Below, piece by piece: positions 30,303 to 39,954 of a stretch of 64,000 nt of DNA (the first letter of the stretch is position 1; every line of letters begins with the position of its first letter). This DNA comes from Candidatus Hadarchaeum sp. (GTDB lineage: Archaea > Hadarchaeota > Hadarchaeia > Hadarchaeales > Hadarchaeaceae). The stretch covers positions 50,525-114,524 of the forward strand of contig NZ_JBMFOX010000001.1 in NCBI RefSeq assembly GCF_049969415.1, read 5' to 3'. Position numbers and translations under genes: made by a program. The notes beneath the pieces are model-generated. The model saw nothing but the letters and a program-made list of their open reading frames with translations. It did no database searches and was not told the DNA's origin.

Positions 30303-30824
30303 ATGGACGTCTTCGAGGCAATTAAAGGGCGCCGGAGCATCCGCAGCTTTAAACCGGATCCCGTCAGTGACGCTGACCTGGAGAAAATTCTGGAGGCCGG
30401 AATCTCCGCCCCCAGCGCAGGAAACTGCCAGCCGTGGGAATTCGTCATCGTGAAGGACCCAAAGAACAAGCAGAAGCTGGTCCAAGCCGCCCGGGGTCAG
30501 AGCTTCTTGGCCGAGGCATCCGTCGTGATAGTGATCTGCGCGGACATCAACCGAACCGCCAGCCGCTACGGCGAGCGGGGTAGGAACCTATACTGCATTC
30601 AGGACACCGCGGCTGTAGCCCAGAATATCCACCTCGCGGCCTATGCGCTGGGCTACGGCACTTGCTGGGTCGGTGCTTTCGATGAAAACGCGGTTGCCGC
30701 GGCCATAAAGGCTCCACCGGGGGTCAGACCGCTGATCATGATTCCGATTGGCAAACCTGGGGAAACGCCGAAGCCGACGCCACGGGTACCTTGGAAGGAA
30801 AGAGTACACCGGGAAACTTTCTGA
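30303..30824 (+). CDS. Nitroreductase family protein
   Basis: RRSIRSF, APSAGNCQPWEF and GYGTCWVG. Confidence 0.95.
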   Translation: MDVFEAIKGRRSIRSFKPDPVSDADLEKILEAGISAPSAGNCQPWEFVIVKDPKNKQKLVQAARGQSFLAEASVVIVICADINRTASRYGERGRNLYCIQDTAAVAQNIHLAAYALGYGTCWVGAFDENAVAAAIKAPPGVRPLIMIPIGKPGETPKPTPRVPWKERVHRETF

Positions 30825-30831
30825 AAGTGGT

Positions 30832-31782
30832 TCAGCCATCAAGATAAATATCGGCGACCATGACGGATTCCGGAGCCAGCGCCTCTGAAAAGGACCTGCG
30901 GACGAGATCGACGTTTTCACCGCGGGCGAGGGCAAAGACCGCGCGGCCAATCATAACCTGACTGGCTCCGACGGCTCCCGACTTCTCCGCTGTTCTAATC
31001 AAGTCCATCAGCTCACCATCGAGGAGTCCCAGATTCTCGGCGAATTCCTTCGAGGCGGAGATGAAGGTAAGGATATCCGGACGCGCTAGAACTTTATTTA
31101 AGGCCAGAGTTCCCTTTTCTCGGGCGCGACTTCTGAATTCGGCTTCGCTCAAAAGATCCTTTGAGGGGATGGGGCCCAACGTGGCGCAGACAACTTTAAC
31201 CCCGCGAGGCACCCTTATCCTCCTCCATCTTCCAAAGGGAGGCGCTCCGGGCTCAATTCCGATGACCAGCCCTCCGAAAGCCTGCGCGCCAACATCACCC
31301 AGCCCCGTGTAGCAGAGGACCTCGGCCACGTGGGCCGCGGCTACCAGCTGGGCCCTAGAAAACCGCAACCCCAAGGCCTGGGCTAGGGAAAAGGCGGTTC
31401 CTAAGGCCCCGGCCCCGCTCGCCCCATATCCTGCGCCCACCGGGACCTGGCAGCGATGTTCTACCTTGACTCGAAAGTTGCCTGCAACCCGGTTCAGAAT
31501 TTGCTTGACCACCGCCAGCGTAGTCTGGGCGTTTGGCGCTGGCCGGCCGTCGATGAACACCCTCACTTCAGTCCGGTCTGAGTTTTCAACTTCAACTTTG
31601 GTCATCACCCCGAGATTCAAACAGGGGCCACAGTTCCTGGATCCGGTTCTCTCCGGCGTGCCGGCGTCACAGGGCTGAAAAAAACCGGAAATGTGCGCCG
31701 GGACAAAAACTGACGCGCTTGAATTCTGCTTTCGTGATTTCAATCCTGCCAGCTCGATCACCAGCATCTCAGGATTTGGCAA
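30832..31782 (-). CDS. Pantoate kinase (GHMP family)
   Basis: FVPAHISGFF, TGS..CG, PVGAGYGASGA, AHVAEV..TGLGDV and SQVMIG; next to coaBC; start uncertain. Confidence 0.9.
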   Translation of the reverse strand: MPNPEMLVIELAGLKSRKQNSSASVFVPAHISGFFQPCDAGTPERTGSRNCGPCLNLGVMTKVEVENSDRTEVRVFIDGRPAPNAQTTLAVVKQILNRVAGNFRVKVEHRCQVPVGAGYGASGAGALGTAFSLAQALGLRFSRAQLVAAAHVAEVLCYTGLGDVGAQAFGGLVIGIEPGAPPFGRWRRIRVPRGVKVVCATLGPIPSKDLLSEAEFRSRAREKGTLALNKVLARPDILTFISASKEFAENLGLLDGELMDLIRTAEKSGAVGASQVMIGRAVFALARGENVDLVRRSFSEALAPESVMVADIYLDG

Positions 31783-32974
31783 TGGCTAGATCCAAGATTA
31801 CGCCCGCAATCTCCACCTTCGTCGCCTTCATCTTTCTCCAGCCCGACTTCGTGACGATCAAGACCTCATTGGTGTCGGTGCCGAAGCCCGCGCCCGGCCG
31901 ACCAACGTCATTTGCCACCACCAAATCAAGTCCCTCGCTCAGCTTGGCCTCGGCGGCGCGAAGGAGCTCCTCATCGCTGACGTTGTGCTCCGTCTTGAAA
32001 CCAACCACGAAGGAGTGAGGAGATCGCTCTCGGACTCCCGAGAGGACCCGGGGGGCGGGTACCAGTCTCAGCGTCACTGGCTCGGTGTGCCTGAGCTTGC
32101 GCCCTGATGGACTCTCCACGACGAAATCCTGAGGTGCCGCCGCGGAAACCACGATGTCAGGCTGCAGCTCCAGCTCCCTGATAAAGGCGTCTCGCATCTC
32201 CTGAGTCGTCTCCACCCGAATCACCCTCACTCCTGCCGGCGGGACTTCGGTTCCCGGGCCATAAATGAGGACCACGTCGGCCCCCCGCGCTGCCGCCGCG
32301 CGGGCCACGGCCAGGCCCATTTTTCCCGAGCTCCTGTTGGCGATGACTTTGACGGGATCTATCGGCTCGAAGGTGGGTCCCGCCGTGACCAAAACCCTCC
32401 GGCCGAATAGGTCTCGAGGCCCCAGTGCTCCAATGACAAACTGAACTATCTCGGCAACTTCGGCTATCTTCGCCCGGCCCTCCTCAATTCTGGGACCGAG
32501 AACTTGAACTCCAACTGAGCGAAGCCGCGCCAAGTTCTGCTGGAGGAGCTCATGGGCAAACATCGAGGCATGCATGGCGGGAACCACCACCACGGGCTTT
32601 TTCAACCCAAGGGCCACCGAGACGACGGAGGTCACGGTGGTGTCGTCGATGGCAGAGTAGATCTTGCTGATGGTGTTGGCGGTGGCGGGAGCGACCAAAA
32701 TCAGATCCGCCCACTCCGCCAGCTCCACGTGTTCCAGCCTGCCGGTCAGCTTGACGACGACCTCGTTACCGGTGGCCCAGTGCATCAGCTCCGGGGTTAT
32801 CAGCTCGGTGGCCTGCGGAGACATGCAGGCACGCACCTCGGCCCCGTGGCGCATCAGCTCCCGGGCCAGCTCAGGGCACTTCACGGCGGCGACGCTGCCC
32901 GTGATGCAGAGGGCAATCCTTTTGCCCTTGAGCTCGAAGCCCTTTGTGCCTAAAATATCCTTTGAGGGGTGCAT
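31769..32974 (-). CDS. coaBC: Phosphopantothenoylcysteine decarboxylase/synthetase CoaBC
   Basis: ITGSVAA, APATANT, PAMH, TAGPTFEPIDPV, NRSSGKMG and VVANDV. Confidence 0.96.
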   Translation of the reverse strand: MHPSKDILGTKGFELKGKRIALCITGSVAAVKCPELARELMRHGAEVRACMSPQATELITPELMHWATGNEVVVKLTGRLEHVELAEWADLILVAPATANTISKIYSAIDDTTVTSVVSVALGLKKPVVVVPAMHASMFAHELLQQNLARLRSVGVQVLGPRIEEGRAKIAEVAEIVQFVIGALGPRDLFGRRVLVTAGPTFEPIDPVKVIANRSSGKMGLAVARAAAARGADVVLIYGPGTEVPPAGVRVIRVETTQEMRDAFIRELELQPDIVVSAAAPQDFVVESPSGRKLRHTEPVTLRLVPAPRVLSGVRERSPHSFVVGFKTEHNVSDEELLRAAEAKLSEGLDLVVANDVGRPGAGFGTDTNEVLIVTKSGWRKMKATKVEIAGVILDLAIAKS

Positions 32975-33037
32975 GAGTTCACCGCTACATTCCCTCGCGG
33001 TTAAACGTTGTTTGGTCCGCAATTTAAAGCTTAGTCG

Positions 33038-33520
33038 CTAAATTGTGGAGTGGTTCAGCCTTTTGCCGTGCGGGTCGATTTCACCGTAGCGGATCCTCAG
33101 GGATGAGATCGGCTTGCCGTCCTCGGCTAGGACGAAGGGCACCTCCACTATCTCCAAGGGATTCAGGCCCTTCGAAATCCTGATCCTGTTTATCTCCTCG
33201 GCCCTCTTCCGCGTTTCCGGGCTGACGACTATCGCGTCAATGTTCCGGTCACTGACCGCGGTTCCGTAGGGGTCCGACAGGATGGTGATCTCCGTGCGCC
33301 CCAGCCAGCCCCGACTATGCAGTTCATTCAGAAGCCTCCACAGCCTGATGGCCAGTGGCTGGACGCCGGCGGAATCCTTCTGGAGCAGCTGCCGCATCTC
33401 ATCAGAGCAGATGCCTACGGTGACCTGCTCCCCAACCTCGTAGGCCTTGGAGATGATGGCGAGGTGTCCATTGTGCAAGTAGTCAAATGTACCGCCCACC
33501 ACGACCTTTCGGAACTTCAA
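33038..33520 (-). CDS. coaD: Phosphopantetheine adenylyltransferase (archaeal CoaD)
   Basis: VGGTFDYLHNGH, IVVSPET and KPISSLRIR..EID; TTG start at 33520 with GGTGA RBS. Confidence 0.93.
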   Translation of the reverse strand: MKFRKVVVGGTFDYLHNGHLAIISKAYEVGEQVTVGICSDEMRQLLQKDSAGVQPLAIRLWRLLNELHSRGWLGRTEITILSDPYGTAVSDRNIDAIVVSPETRKRAEEINRIRISKGLNPLEIVEVPFVLAEDGKPISSLRIRYGEIDPHGKRLNHSTI

Positions 33521-33534
33521 GCGATCACCGGCCT

Positions 33535-34872
33535 CTAGAACTTCTGCACCACATCGAGCCATCTTTTTTTCAACGGACGGTGGGTAAAAGGCTTGGCCTT
33601 CGCCCCCACATAATCGGCGACCACATGGCCCTCGCCGAGCAGGTAGTATTTCCAAGTGGTCAGTCCCTCCAGTCCCACCGGGCCGCGGGCGTGGATTTTG
33701 CCGGTGGAAATGCCGACCTCGGCCCCGAGTCCGTAGCGGTAGCCATCGCTGAACCTGGTCGAGGCGTTGAGCATTACGCTGGAGGAGTCGACCTCGGTGA
33801 GAAAGCGCAGGGCATTTTTCCCGTTCTCAGTCACGATGGCATCGGTGTGCTTGGAGCCGTAGGTGTTGATGTGATCGATGGCCTCCTGGATGCTGTCGAC
33901 GATTTTAATCGAGATGATCAGATCCAGATACTCGGTACGCCAGTCCTTCTCCGTGGCGCGTTTGGCCTGGGGAAGGATCTTTCTCACCCTTTCATCACCT
34001 CTGATCTCCACCCCGGCCTCAGCGTAACGTTTACCCAGCAGCTTCAGAAACGGCTCGGCGATGGCACGGTGAACCAGTATCGTCTCCACCGCGTTGCAGA
34101 CGGCCGGATACTGGACCTTGGCATCGTAGCAGATCTTCACCGCCTTCTCGAGGTCGGCGTCGGCGTCCACGTAGATGTGGCAGAGCCCCTCGGCGTGACC
34201 CAGCACGGGGATGCGGGTGTTGGCCTGGATGTACTTGATGAACTCCTTGCTCCCCCGGGGCACCAGCAGGTCGATGTACTCATCCAGCTTCAGCAGTTCT
34301 CTGACCTCGCTTCTGGCCTCAATCAGCTGCACCCATCCCTCCGGAATCCCGGCACTCTCGCTGGCTTCCCGGATGACCCTGAAGAAGGCCTCGTTCGAAC
34401 GCCGGGCCTCACTGCCCCCCTTGAGCACCACCGCGTTTCCGGATTTCAGGCAAAGCGCTGATATCTGCGGCAGCACATCGGGCCTGGACTCAAATATCGC
34501 CCCGATGACGCCGATGGGGCAGGAAACCTTGTAGAGCTCCAGGCCTTGATCCAGTTCAACCGCATAAAGGGTTCGGCCCACCGGATCCTCCAGCTTGGCG
34601 ACGCTCTGAACCATCTTGGAGATGTCCCGCAGCTTTTCTTCGGAAAGCTTGAGCCGCTGGACTAACGCCATCGAAATGCGGCCGCTCTTCAGAAGATCCT
34701 CGGCCTCCCTCAGGTCCACGGCATTGGCCCGCAACAGCTCCTCTCTGTTCTCCCAGATGGCCGAGGCGATCCCGAGCAGGGCCTCGTTCTTGACCTCGGT
34801 GGCGATGTTGGCCAGCTGCAGCGCCGCCCTTCTGGCCGCGGCCGCTTTTTTGATGACCTCACCCATCTTCAT
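33535..34872 (-). CDS. proA: Glutamate-5-semialdehyde dehydrogenase
   Basis: FESRP, KSGNAVVLKGG, VCNAVET, NASTRFSDG and GISTGKIHARGPVG. Confidence 0.96.
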   Translation of the reverse strand: MKMGEVIKKAAAARRAALQLANIATEVKNEALLGIASAIWENREELLRANAVDLREAEDLLKSGRISMALVQRLKLSEEKLRDISKMVQSVAKLEDPVGRTLYAVELDQGLELYKVSCPIGVIGAIFESRPDVLPQISALCLKSGNAVVLKGGSEARRSNEAFFRVIREASESAGIPEGWVQLIEARSEVRELLKLDEYIDLLVPRGSKEFIKYIQANTRIPVLGHAEGLCHIYVDADADLEKAVKICYDAKVQYPAVCNAVETILVHRAIAEPFLKLLGKRYAEAGVEIRGDERVRKILPQAKRATEKDWRTEYLDLIISIKIVDSIQEAIDHINTYGSKHTDAIVTENGKNALRFLTEVDSSSVMLNASTRFSDGYRYGLGAEVGISTGKIHARGPVGLEGLTTWKYYLLGEGHVVADYVGAKAKPFTHRPLKKRWLDVVQKF

Positions 34873-35666
34873 CTCACCGGAAGAAACAGGGTTCCAATTT
34901 CCTCCCCATCCAAAATCCGCTCCAGAGCCTTATCCTCGCTGCTGCTGGCGATTACCACGGGGATGCCCTTCGCGGTCGCCATTCGGGCCGCCTTGATCTT
35001 GGTGAGCATGCCGCCGAAGCCACGGGAGGACCTGGCCACGTACCGCTCCACGTCCGCGGTTCCGTCAACTGTAGTAATCAGCTTGCCGCGGTTGCCCTTC
35101 CCGGAGTAGCCCATATAAAGGCCATCGACATCGGTTAGTATCACGAGCAGGTCGGCCGAAGCACCTATCGCAACATAGGCGGAGAGGATGTCGTTGTCAC
35201 CCAGCCTGATCTCATCTGAGGCCACGCTGTCGTTTTCGTTGACTATCGGGACCACGCCCCACTTCATCAGGGTGGAGAGCATGTTTCTAAAGTTCCGGTA
35301 GCGCCTGGGGTCGTTGAAGTCCTCCGCCGTCAGCAGAATCTGGGCGACCGGCTGCTGATATTCGCCAAAGTACTTGGAGTAGACCTGCATCAGCATACCT
35401 TGACCCACCGCCGCGGTCGCCTGCAACGCGGGGATTCCCTTGGGCCGGCCGTTGAGGTTGAGGCGCCCGATGCCGGCTCCGATGGCTCCGGAAGAGACTA
35501 GGATGACCTCCTTACCCCGCGTCCGCAGCCCCATCACGTTGGAGACCAGACGGCCAATCTTTTCCGGGTCCAACCGGTGCTTCTCATCAGTGATGCTGCT
35601 GGTGCCTATCTTGACCACAATCCTCTTCGCCTTGGCCAGTAGCTCCCTCGCCGATCTTCCGTCCAT
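34869..35666 (-). CDS. proB: Glutamate 5-kinase (no PUA domain)
   Basis: VVKIGTS, VSSGAI, NENDSV, GDNDILS and GGMLTK. Confidence 0.95.
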   Translation of the reverse strand: MDGRSARELLAKAKRIVVKIGTSSITDEKHRLDPEKIGRLVSNVMGLRTRGKEVILVSSGAIGAGIGRLNLNGRPKGIPALQATAAVGQGMLMQVYSKYFGEYQQPVAQILLTAEDFNDPRRYRNFRNMLSTLMKWGVVPIVNENDSVASDEIRLGDNDILSAYVAIGASADLLVILTDVDGLYMGYSGKGNRGKLITTVDGTADVERYVARSSRGFGGMLTKIKAARMATAKGIPVVIASSSEDKALERILDGEEIGTLFLPVR

Positions 35667-36863
35667 TTAATCCACCATTGGGATTCTATTTAGCTGCGAC
35701 AGCACATAAGACCTTATCTTGTCGACCGATTCCTCTCCAGCGACGATCTTCCCTTTCTTTATCAGCGGTTGCAGCAGCGGTGAAGTTTTACCGTCGCAAA
35801 CGGGACAACGCGGTGGCCGTGCCCCGGCGGGGAGAACCACGTCCTCCAGACATTTACGGCATCTCCACACCTGCTTTCTCCCACCCAGCTTTCCCCGCTT
35901 GGCCACGGGCCTTCCATTTATCTCGACGATGTCCATCGCGAAATCTATCGTCGGGGCATTGCTCAGGGAAGTTCCAATTCCAAAGCCGTCCACCCCGGCT
36001 TTCACCAGCTCGGTGATGTTCCGGTCGTTTATCCCGCCCGAGGCCAATATCTTCACGTGGCGATAGCCGCGAAGGTCAAGCTCCCATCTGACCTCCCGGA
36101 TAATCTCGGCGAAATTTCCTCTCCTTGAACCCGGCGTATCCAACCTGACTCCCCAGAGGTTTTTGCCCAGGGCCTCCGCGGCCATGATGGCCTCGGCCTT
36201 CTCGTCAAAGTAGGTGTCCACCAGCGCCACCCGGTTCACCTGGCGCGGGATCACCTCGTCAAAGGCCTTCCACGCCTTCACCTGATCGCCGAAGACAATG
36301 ATGAGTGCATGGGGCATGGTGCCCATCGGTTCCTTCCCGATCCTCTTGGCGCCGGAGAGGCTGGAGACCCCGTCGAAGCCACCGATGTAAGCGGCCCGGT
36401 CTATCATCGGTGACAGCGCGGGATGCACGCGCCTGATGCCGAAGGAAACCAGCAGCTTTCCCCAGGCCAGCTTTCGCAGCCGGGCGGCCATGGTGGCCAC
36501 GCCCGACGCCTGACAGATCAGACCCAGCATCGGCGTTTCCAGCTCACAGAAATTTCCGTAAGGGCCCTCGATGACGATGACCGGCAACCTGTTCCCGTAA
36601 TGGTCATGCGGATGAAAAATGGTTCCCTCGGGTATCGCTTGGACATCGACTGGACAGCCCTCGAAGAGGGTGGCCACCTCATCCAAGCCGCAGATGACGC
36701 CCCAAGGCCAGTTCTCGGGTAGACCACCCGCCGTCACCTCGGCCACGACCCTCGTTCCTTCCAAGCCCTTTGCCTTCAAGACCTGGCTCGTCCGGACGAA
36801 GTAGATGTCGGTGGTCGCGCCCTTTTTTATCTCCTCATCCGAGGCCACGTTGAAGGTCCTCAT
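35667..36863 (-). CDS. pncB: Nicotinate phosphoribosyltransferase
   Basis: TDIYF, FGIRRVHP, GTMPHA, VRLDTP, ASGG and FGIGT; C-terminal CxxC...CxxC. Confidence 0.92.
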   Translation of the reverse strand: MRTFNVASDEEIKKGATTDIYFVRTSQVLKAKGLEGTRVVAEVTAGGLPENWPWGVICGLDEVATLFEGCPVDVQAIPEGTIFHPHDHYGNRLPVIVIEGPYGNFCELETPMLGLICQASGVATMAARLRKLAWGKLLVSFGIRRVHPALSPMIDRAAYIGGFDGVSSLSGAKRIGKEPMGTMPHALIIVFGDQVKAWKAFDEVIPRQVNRVALVDTYFDEKAEAIMAAEALGKNLWGVRLDTPGSRRGNFAEIIREVRWELDLRGYRHVKILASGGINDRNITELVKAGVDGFGIGTSLSNAPTIDFAMDIVEINGRPVAKRGKLGGRKQVWRCRKCLEDVVLPAGARPPRCPVCDGKTSPLLQPLIKKGKIVAGEESVDKIRSYVLSQLNRIPMVD

Positions 36864-37402
36864 CTTTCCCACCCCTTGATTATCTCCTGGGAATTTGTGA
36901 TTTTCGCGCCGTAGATCTTTCGCATGTAATCCAGAGAGCGTTCTTTGGCTCGTCTGTCCGGGGAGGCCACGCCGTCCTCAGAAATCACCACCTTGTAGCC
37001 GTTGAAGAAGGCCCCGGCGGCGGAGTGCTGGATGCAGATCTCGGTGACCACTCCGGTGAGCACCAGCACCTCCACACCCTTTTCCCGGAGCAGCTTTCTC
37101 AGCCTCGGGACCTGAAAGACATCGTAGGTGTGTTTGGAGATGATGGGTTCGCCCTTGATCGGCTTCAGTTCCGGAATTATCTCCGAGCCCTTGCTGCCAG
37201 CCATCGCGTGTTCTCCCCAGATGCGGAGCTCGGGATCTCCGGGTCGATGGGCGTCGCGCGCGTGAATCACGAGGACCCCCCGCGCCCGGGCGGAGGCGAG
37301 GAGCTGCTGTATCCGGGGCACGATCTCCAGCGCGCCCTTGAAGCCAAACTTCCCCGTCACGAAGTCGTGGATCATATCGATTACGATCAATGCCGCCTTC
37401 AA
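36860..37402 (-). CDS. pncA: Isochorismatase-family cysteine hydrolase, probable nicotinamidase
   Basis: VIDM..DF, DAH, WGEHA and TGVVTEICIQH; ATGA overlap with pncB. Confidence 0.8.
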   Translation of the reverse strand: MKAALIVIDMIHDFVTGKFGFKGALEIVPRIQQLLASARARGVLVIHARDAHRPGDPELRIWGEHAMAGSKGSEIIPELKPIKGEPIISKHTYDVFQVPRLRKLLREKGVEVLVLTGVVTEICIQHSAAGAFFNGYKVVISEDGVASPDRRAKERSLDYMRKIYGAKITNSQEIIKGWER

Positions 37403-37471
37403 AAATTATCCCCAATAATGATAGTCTCGCTAAATAAATAGCACAGATTATTAGCCAGAGCAAGAGGGAAA

Positions 37472-37675
37472 TTACAACTTTCGATCAACCCGTTTGGAGA
37501 ACTCCAGCACCGTGAGGCCGACGATCCGGCGCTTGCGATACCTGATTATGATGTCCTTTCCCGTCAGCTCTGAATCATCCGCCGTGGAGATGCCGCCGAA
37601 GCTGAGGTAGAGGACATCCTGGGCGCGGTCGTAAAGGACATCGATGTCCTCAACGTTTTTTATTACCGCTTCCAC
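37472..37675 (-). CDS. DUF2283-family protein (putative antitoxin)
   Basis: YDRAQDVLYLSF...DIIIRY...IVGLTVL; GTG start at 37675 with GGAGG RBS, overlapping the upstream stop. Confidence 0.8.
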   Translation of the reverse strand: MEAVIKNVEDIDVLYDRAQDVLYLSFGGISTADDSELTGKDIIIRYRKRRIVGLTVLEFSKRVDRKL

Positions 37676-37992
37676 AGAATTAGCCTCCGTTCCAACATTT
37701 TCTCCATTCTCTTCGTCACAAAGACCGTGCTGACGCCTTCGCCCTCGCGGTAGGGGACCACCAGCCATCCGCCGCGGGAGGGTCCATCACCCGTTCTCTT
37801 GACTGCGAGGTTCTCACCATATCTCCCCGCGAGGACGAAATCCGGCTCGGCGACCGCGGCGACCACGGCCTGATCCAGCCGCTCCAGCCTAGCCATCTCC
37901 GGATGCCTGCTGAGGACAACCCGAAGCGTGACGAGGTCCAGATTGACGTCGTTGTCGAACACGGATTGAACTGTTACCAAGCGACCCGCCAA
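37663..37992 (-). CDS. Putative toxin partner of DUF2283 (RelE/DUF4258-like small protein)
   Basis: RHPEM, PDFVLAG, WLVVPY...VSTVF and LILWKR pattern; overlaps the DUF2283 gene. Confidence 0.6.
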   Translation of the reverse strand: MAGRLVTVQSVFDNDVNLDLVTLRVVLSRHPEMARLERLDQAVVAAVAEPDFVLAGRYGENLAVKRTGDGPSRGGWLVVPYREGEGVSTVFVTKRMEKMLERRLILWKR

Positions 37993-38074
37993 TGATTTTG
38001 GCGCCGGTCATTTATAAGCCACGAGCAACCGCTCATTATTTTATCGGGAAAACTGACTCATTGATGGGTCTGGT

Positions 38075-39139
38075 GTGAAAAAAATTGAGAGGCTAAGGGA
38101 AGAACTCGGCAGGCGCGGGCTGGACGCCTACCTCGCCATCAGCAACACCCGCTACCTGGCTGCTACCACTGCTGCCAAGGCGGTGATCGTGCCGGCCGAC
38201 GCTGAACCGGTTTTGGTGTGCAGCCGGCTGGAGCTGGAGCGGGCCCGGCGCGAGAGCCGAATCAGGGACATTCGGGCCTTTTCCAGCTGGAGGGCGCCGC
38301 TGCAGCGCGGCGAGAGGGTCTACTTCCTGGAACTGTGGCAACTCTTGGCCGAGGTTCTTGAGGAAATCGGTGCCCGGGCGGTGGGGTACGACAGCGGGGA
38401 GAGGAACTTTATCCGGAAAATCCGCCGCTGCCACGAGGCCAGCTATCTGTGGTCTCCCGAGGTCATGCAAGAGCTGCGGATGATAAAATCCCCTGAGGAG
38501 CTGAAACTGCTGCGGCGGTCAGCGGAAATAGCGGTGCTGGGGATGAACCGGGCCGCGGAACTGATCGAGCCCGGTGTAACTGAGCTGGAGATTGCTGCCG
38601 AGGTGGAGTACAGGATGAGGCGGGCGGGATCCGAGGGCACACCCTTCCCGACCATCGTGGCCTCGGGAGACAATTCTTGGCTGCCCCACTCAACCGCGAC
38701 CTCGAGAAAGCTGAAGGAGGGGGAACTCGTCGTCGTGGACTTGGGCGCGATATTTAACGGCTATACTTCCGACATGACGCGGACCTTTGCGATTTCACCG
38801 AACCGAAGGCAGCTCCGGATTCTGGAGACGGTCAAGGCGGCCCAGCGCGCCGCATTGAGGAAAATCAAGGATGGCGTGAAGGCGAAGCTGGTTGATGCCG
38901 CGGCCCGAGAAACAATCCGCCGGGCGGGCTACGCCAAATTCTTCAATCACGGCACCGGGCATGGGGTGGGGCTGGAGATACATGAAGCTCCGAGCCTGTA
39001 TCCCTCCTCGCGGGACATCCTCCGCAAGGGGATGGTCCTCACCGTCGAGCCCGGCATCTACATCCCTGGAGTCGGCGGGGCCCGCTGGGAGGACACGGTG
39101 CTGGTGAAGGCCGAAGGGCACGAAACGCTGACCTGTTGA
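38075..39139 (+). CDS. Xaa-Pro dipeptidase/aminopeptidase (M24B)
   Basis: RMIKSPEE, YTSDMTRT, HGTGHGVGLEIHE, TVEPGIY and RWED. Confidence 0.95.
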   Translation: MKKIERLREELGRRGLDAYLAISNTRYLAATTAAKAVIVPADAEPVLVCSRLELERARRESRIRDIRAFSSWRAPLQRGERVYFLELWQLLAEVLEEIGARAVGYDSGERNFIRKIRRCHEASYLWSPEVMQELRMIKSPEELKLLRRSAEIAVLGMNRAAELIEPGVTELEIAAEVEYRMRRAGSEGTPFPTIVASGDNSWLPHSTATSRKLKEGELVVVDLGAIFNGYTSDMTRTFAISPNRRQLRILETVKAAQRAALRKIKDGVKAKLVDAAARETIRRAGYAKFFNHGTGHGVGLEIHEAPSLYPSSRDILRKGMVLTVEPGIYIPGVGGARWEDTVLVKAEGHETLTC

Positions 39140-39191
39140 CCCGGGCCGACAAAATTTTAATCCCGAAAATCGGTTTACTTTTGTGAGCCCC

Positions 39192-39398
39192 ATGAAGAGG
39201 CCTTGCAACTTGGAGAAGAACAAACAGGACTGCAGCTGCACCTACGAACCCTGCCCGAGAAAGGGCATCTGCTGCGAGTGCCTCAGGTATCACTGGGAGA
39301 TGCAGGAGCTACCCGCCTGCCTCTTCCCACCGGAGATCGAGCGGACCTATGACCGGTCGCTGAAGACATTTCTGGAGTACTACAAAGAGCGAGTTTAA
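39192..39398 (+). CDS. Small Cys-rich protein (DUF6485-like)
   Basis: CSCTYEPCPRKGICCECLRYH...LPACLF..ERTYDRS. Confidence 0.8.
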   Translation: MKRPCNLEKNKQDCSCTYEPCPRKGICCECLRYHWEMQELPACLFPPEIERTYDRSLKTFLEYYKERV

Positions 39399-39447
39399 GT
39401 AATCCTAAGACGATAAAGACAATGGGCTTTTGGAGGATGGTGATGGG

Positions 39448-39873
39448 ATGAGAGAGGTTGTGGGTAATGCTAGAGCTCCTAATATCGGCACGGTCCCGGT
39501 TGAGGAAATCATGACCAAAAATGTCATCACCGTTGAAACCGAGGAGCCCGTCTTCAGCATGGTCAAGAAGATGATAAACAAAAACGTTGAGTGCCTTCCC
39601 GTGACCAAGGCGGGCAAGCTGAAGGGACTGATCACCTTCCGCGATGTTATCAGGAAGGTCGTCTACGAGGGGAAGGACCCTAAGAAGATCAAGGCCAAGG
39701 ATGTGATGACCAAGTCGGTGGTGACCTGCTACAACGACGCCACGGTGCTGGACGTGGTAAAGCTGATGAAAAACAAACGGCTGCGGAGAATACCGGTCAT
39801 CGACAGGGAGGGGAACCTGGTCGGGCTGGTCACCAACTTCGATCTAGCTATCATCGGCTGGGACGTGGATTAG
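39448..39873 (+). CDS. CBS-domain pair protein
   Basis: Two CBS repeats (VEEIMTKNV...LPV...GLIT..D; AKDVMTKSV...IPV...GLVT..D). Confidence 0.9.
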   Translation: MREVVGNARAPNIGTVPVEEIMTKNVITVETEEPVFSMVKKMINKNVECLPVTKAGKLKGLITFRDVIRKVVYEGKDPKKIKAKDVMTKSVVTCYNDATVLDVVKLMKNKRLRRIPVIDREGNLVGLVTNFDLAIIGWDVD

Positions 39874-39954
39874 AATTCTGCGGCGGGATTTTTCCCACCC
39901 GGTGGCCTCAATAATTACTTAAAGCTCAGACGGCGATTATCGGAGGGTGGTGGC

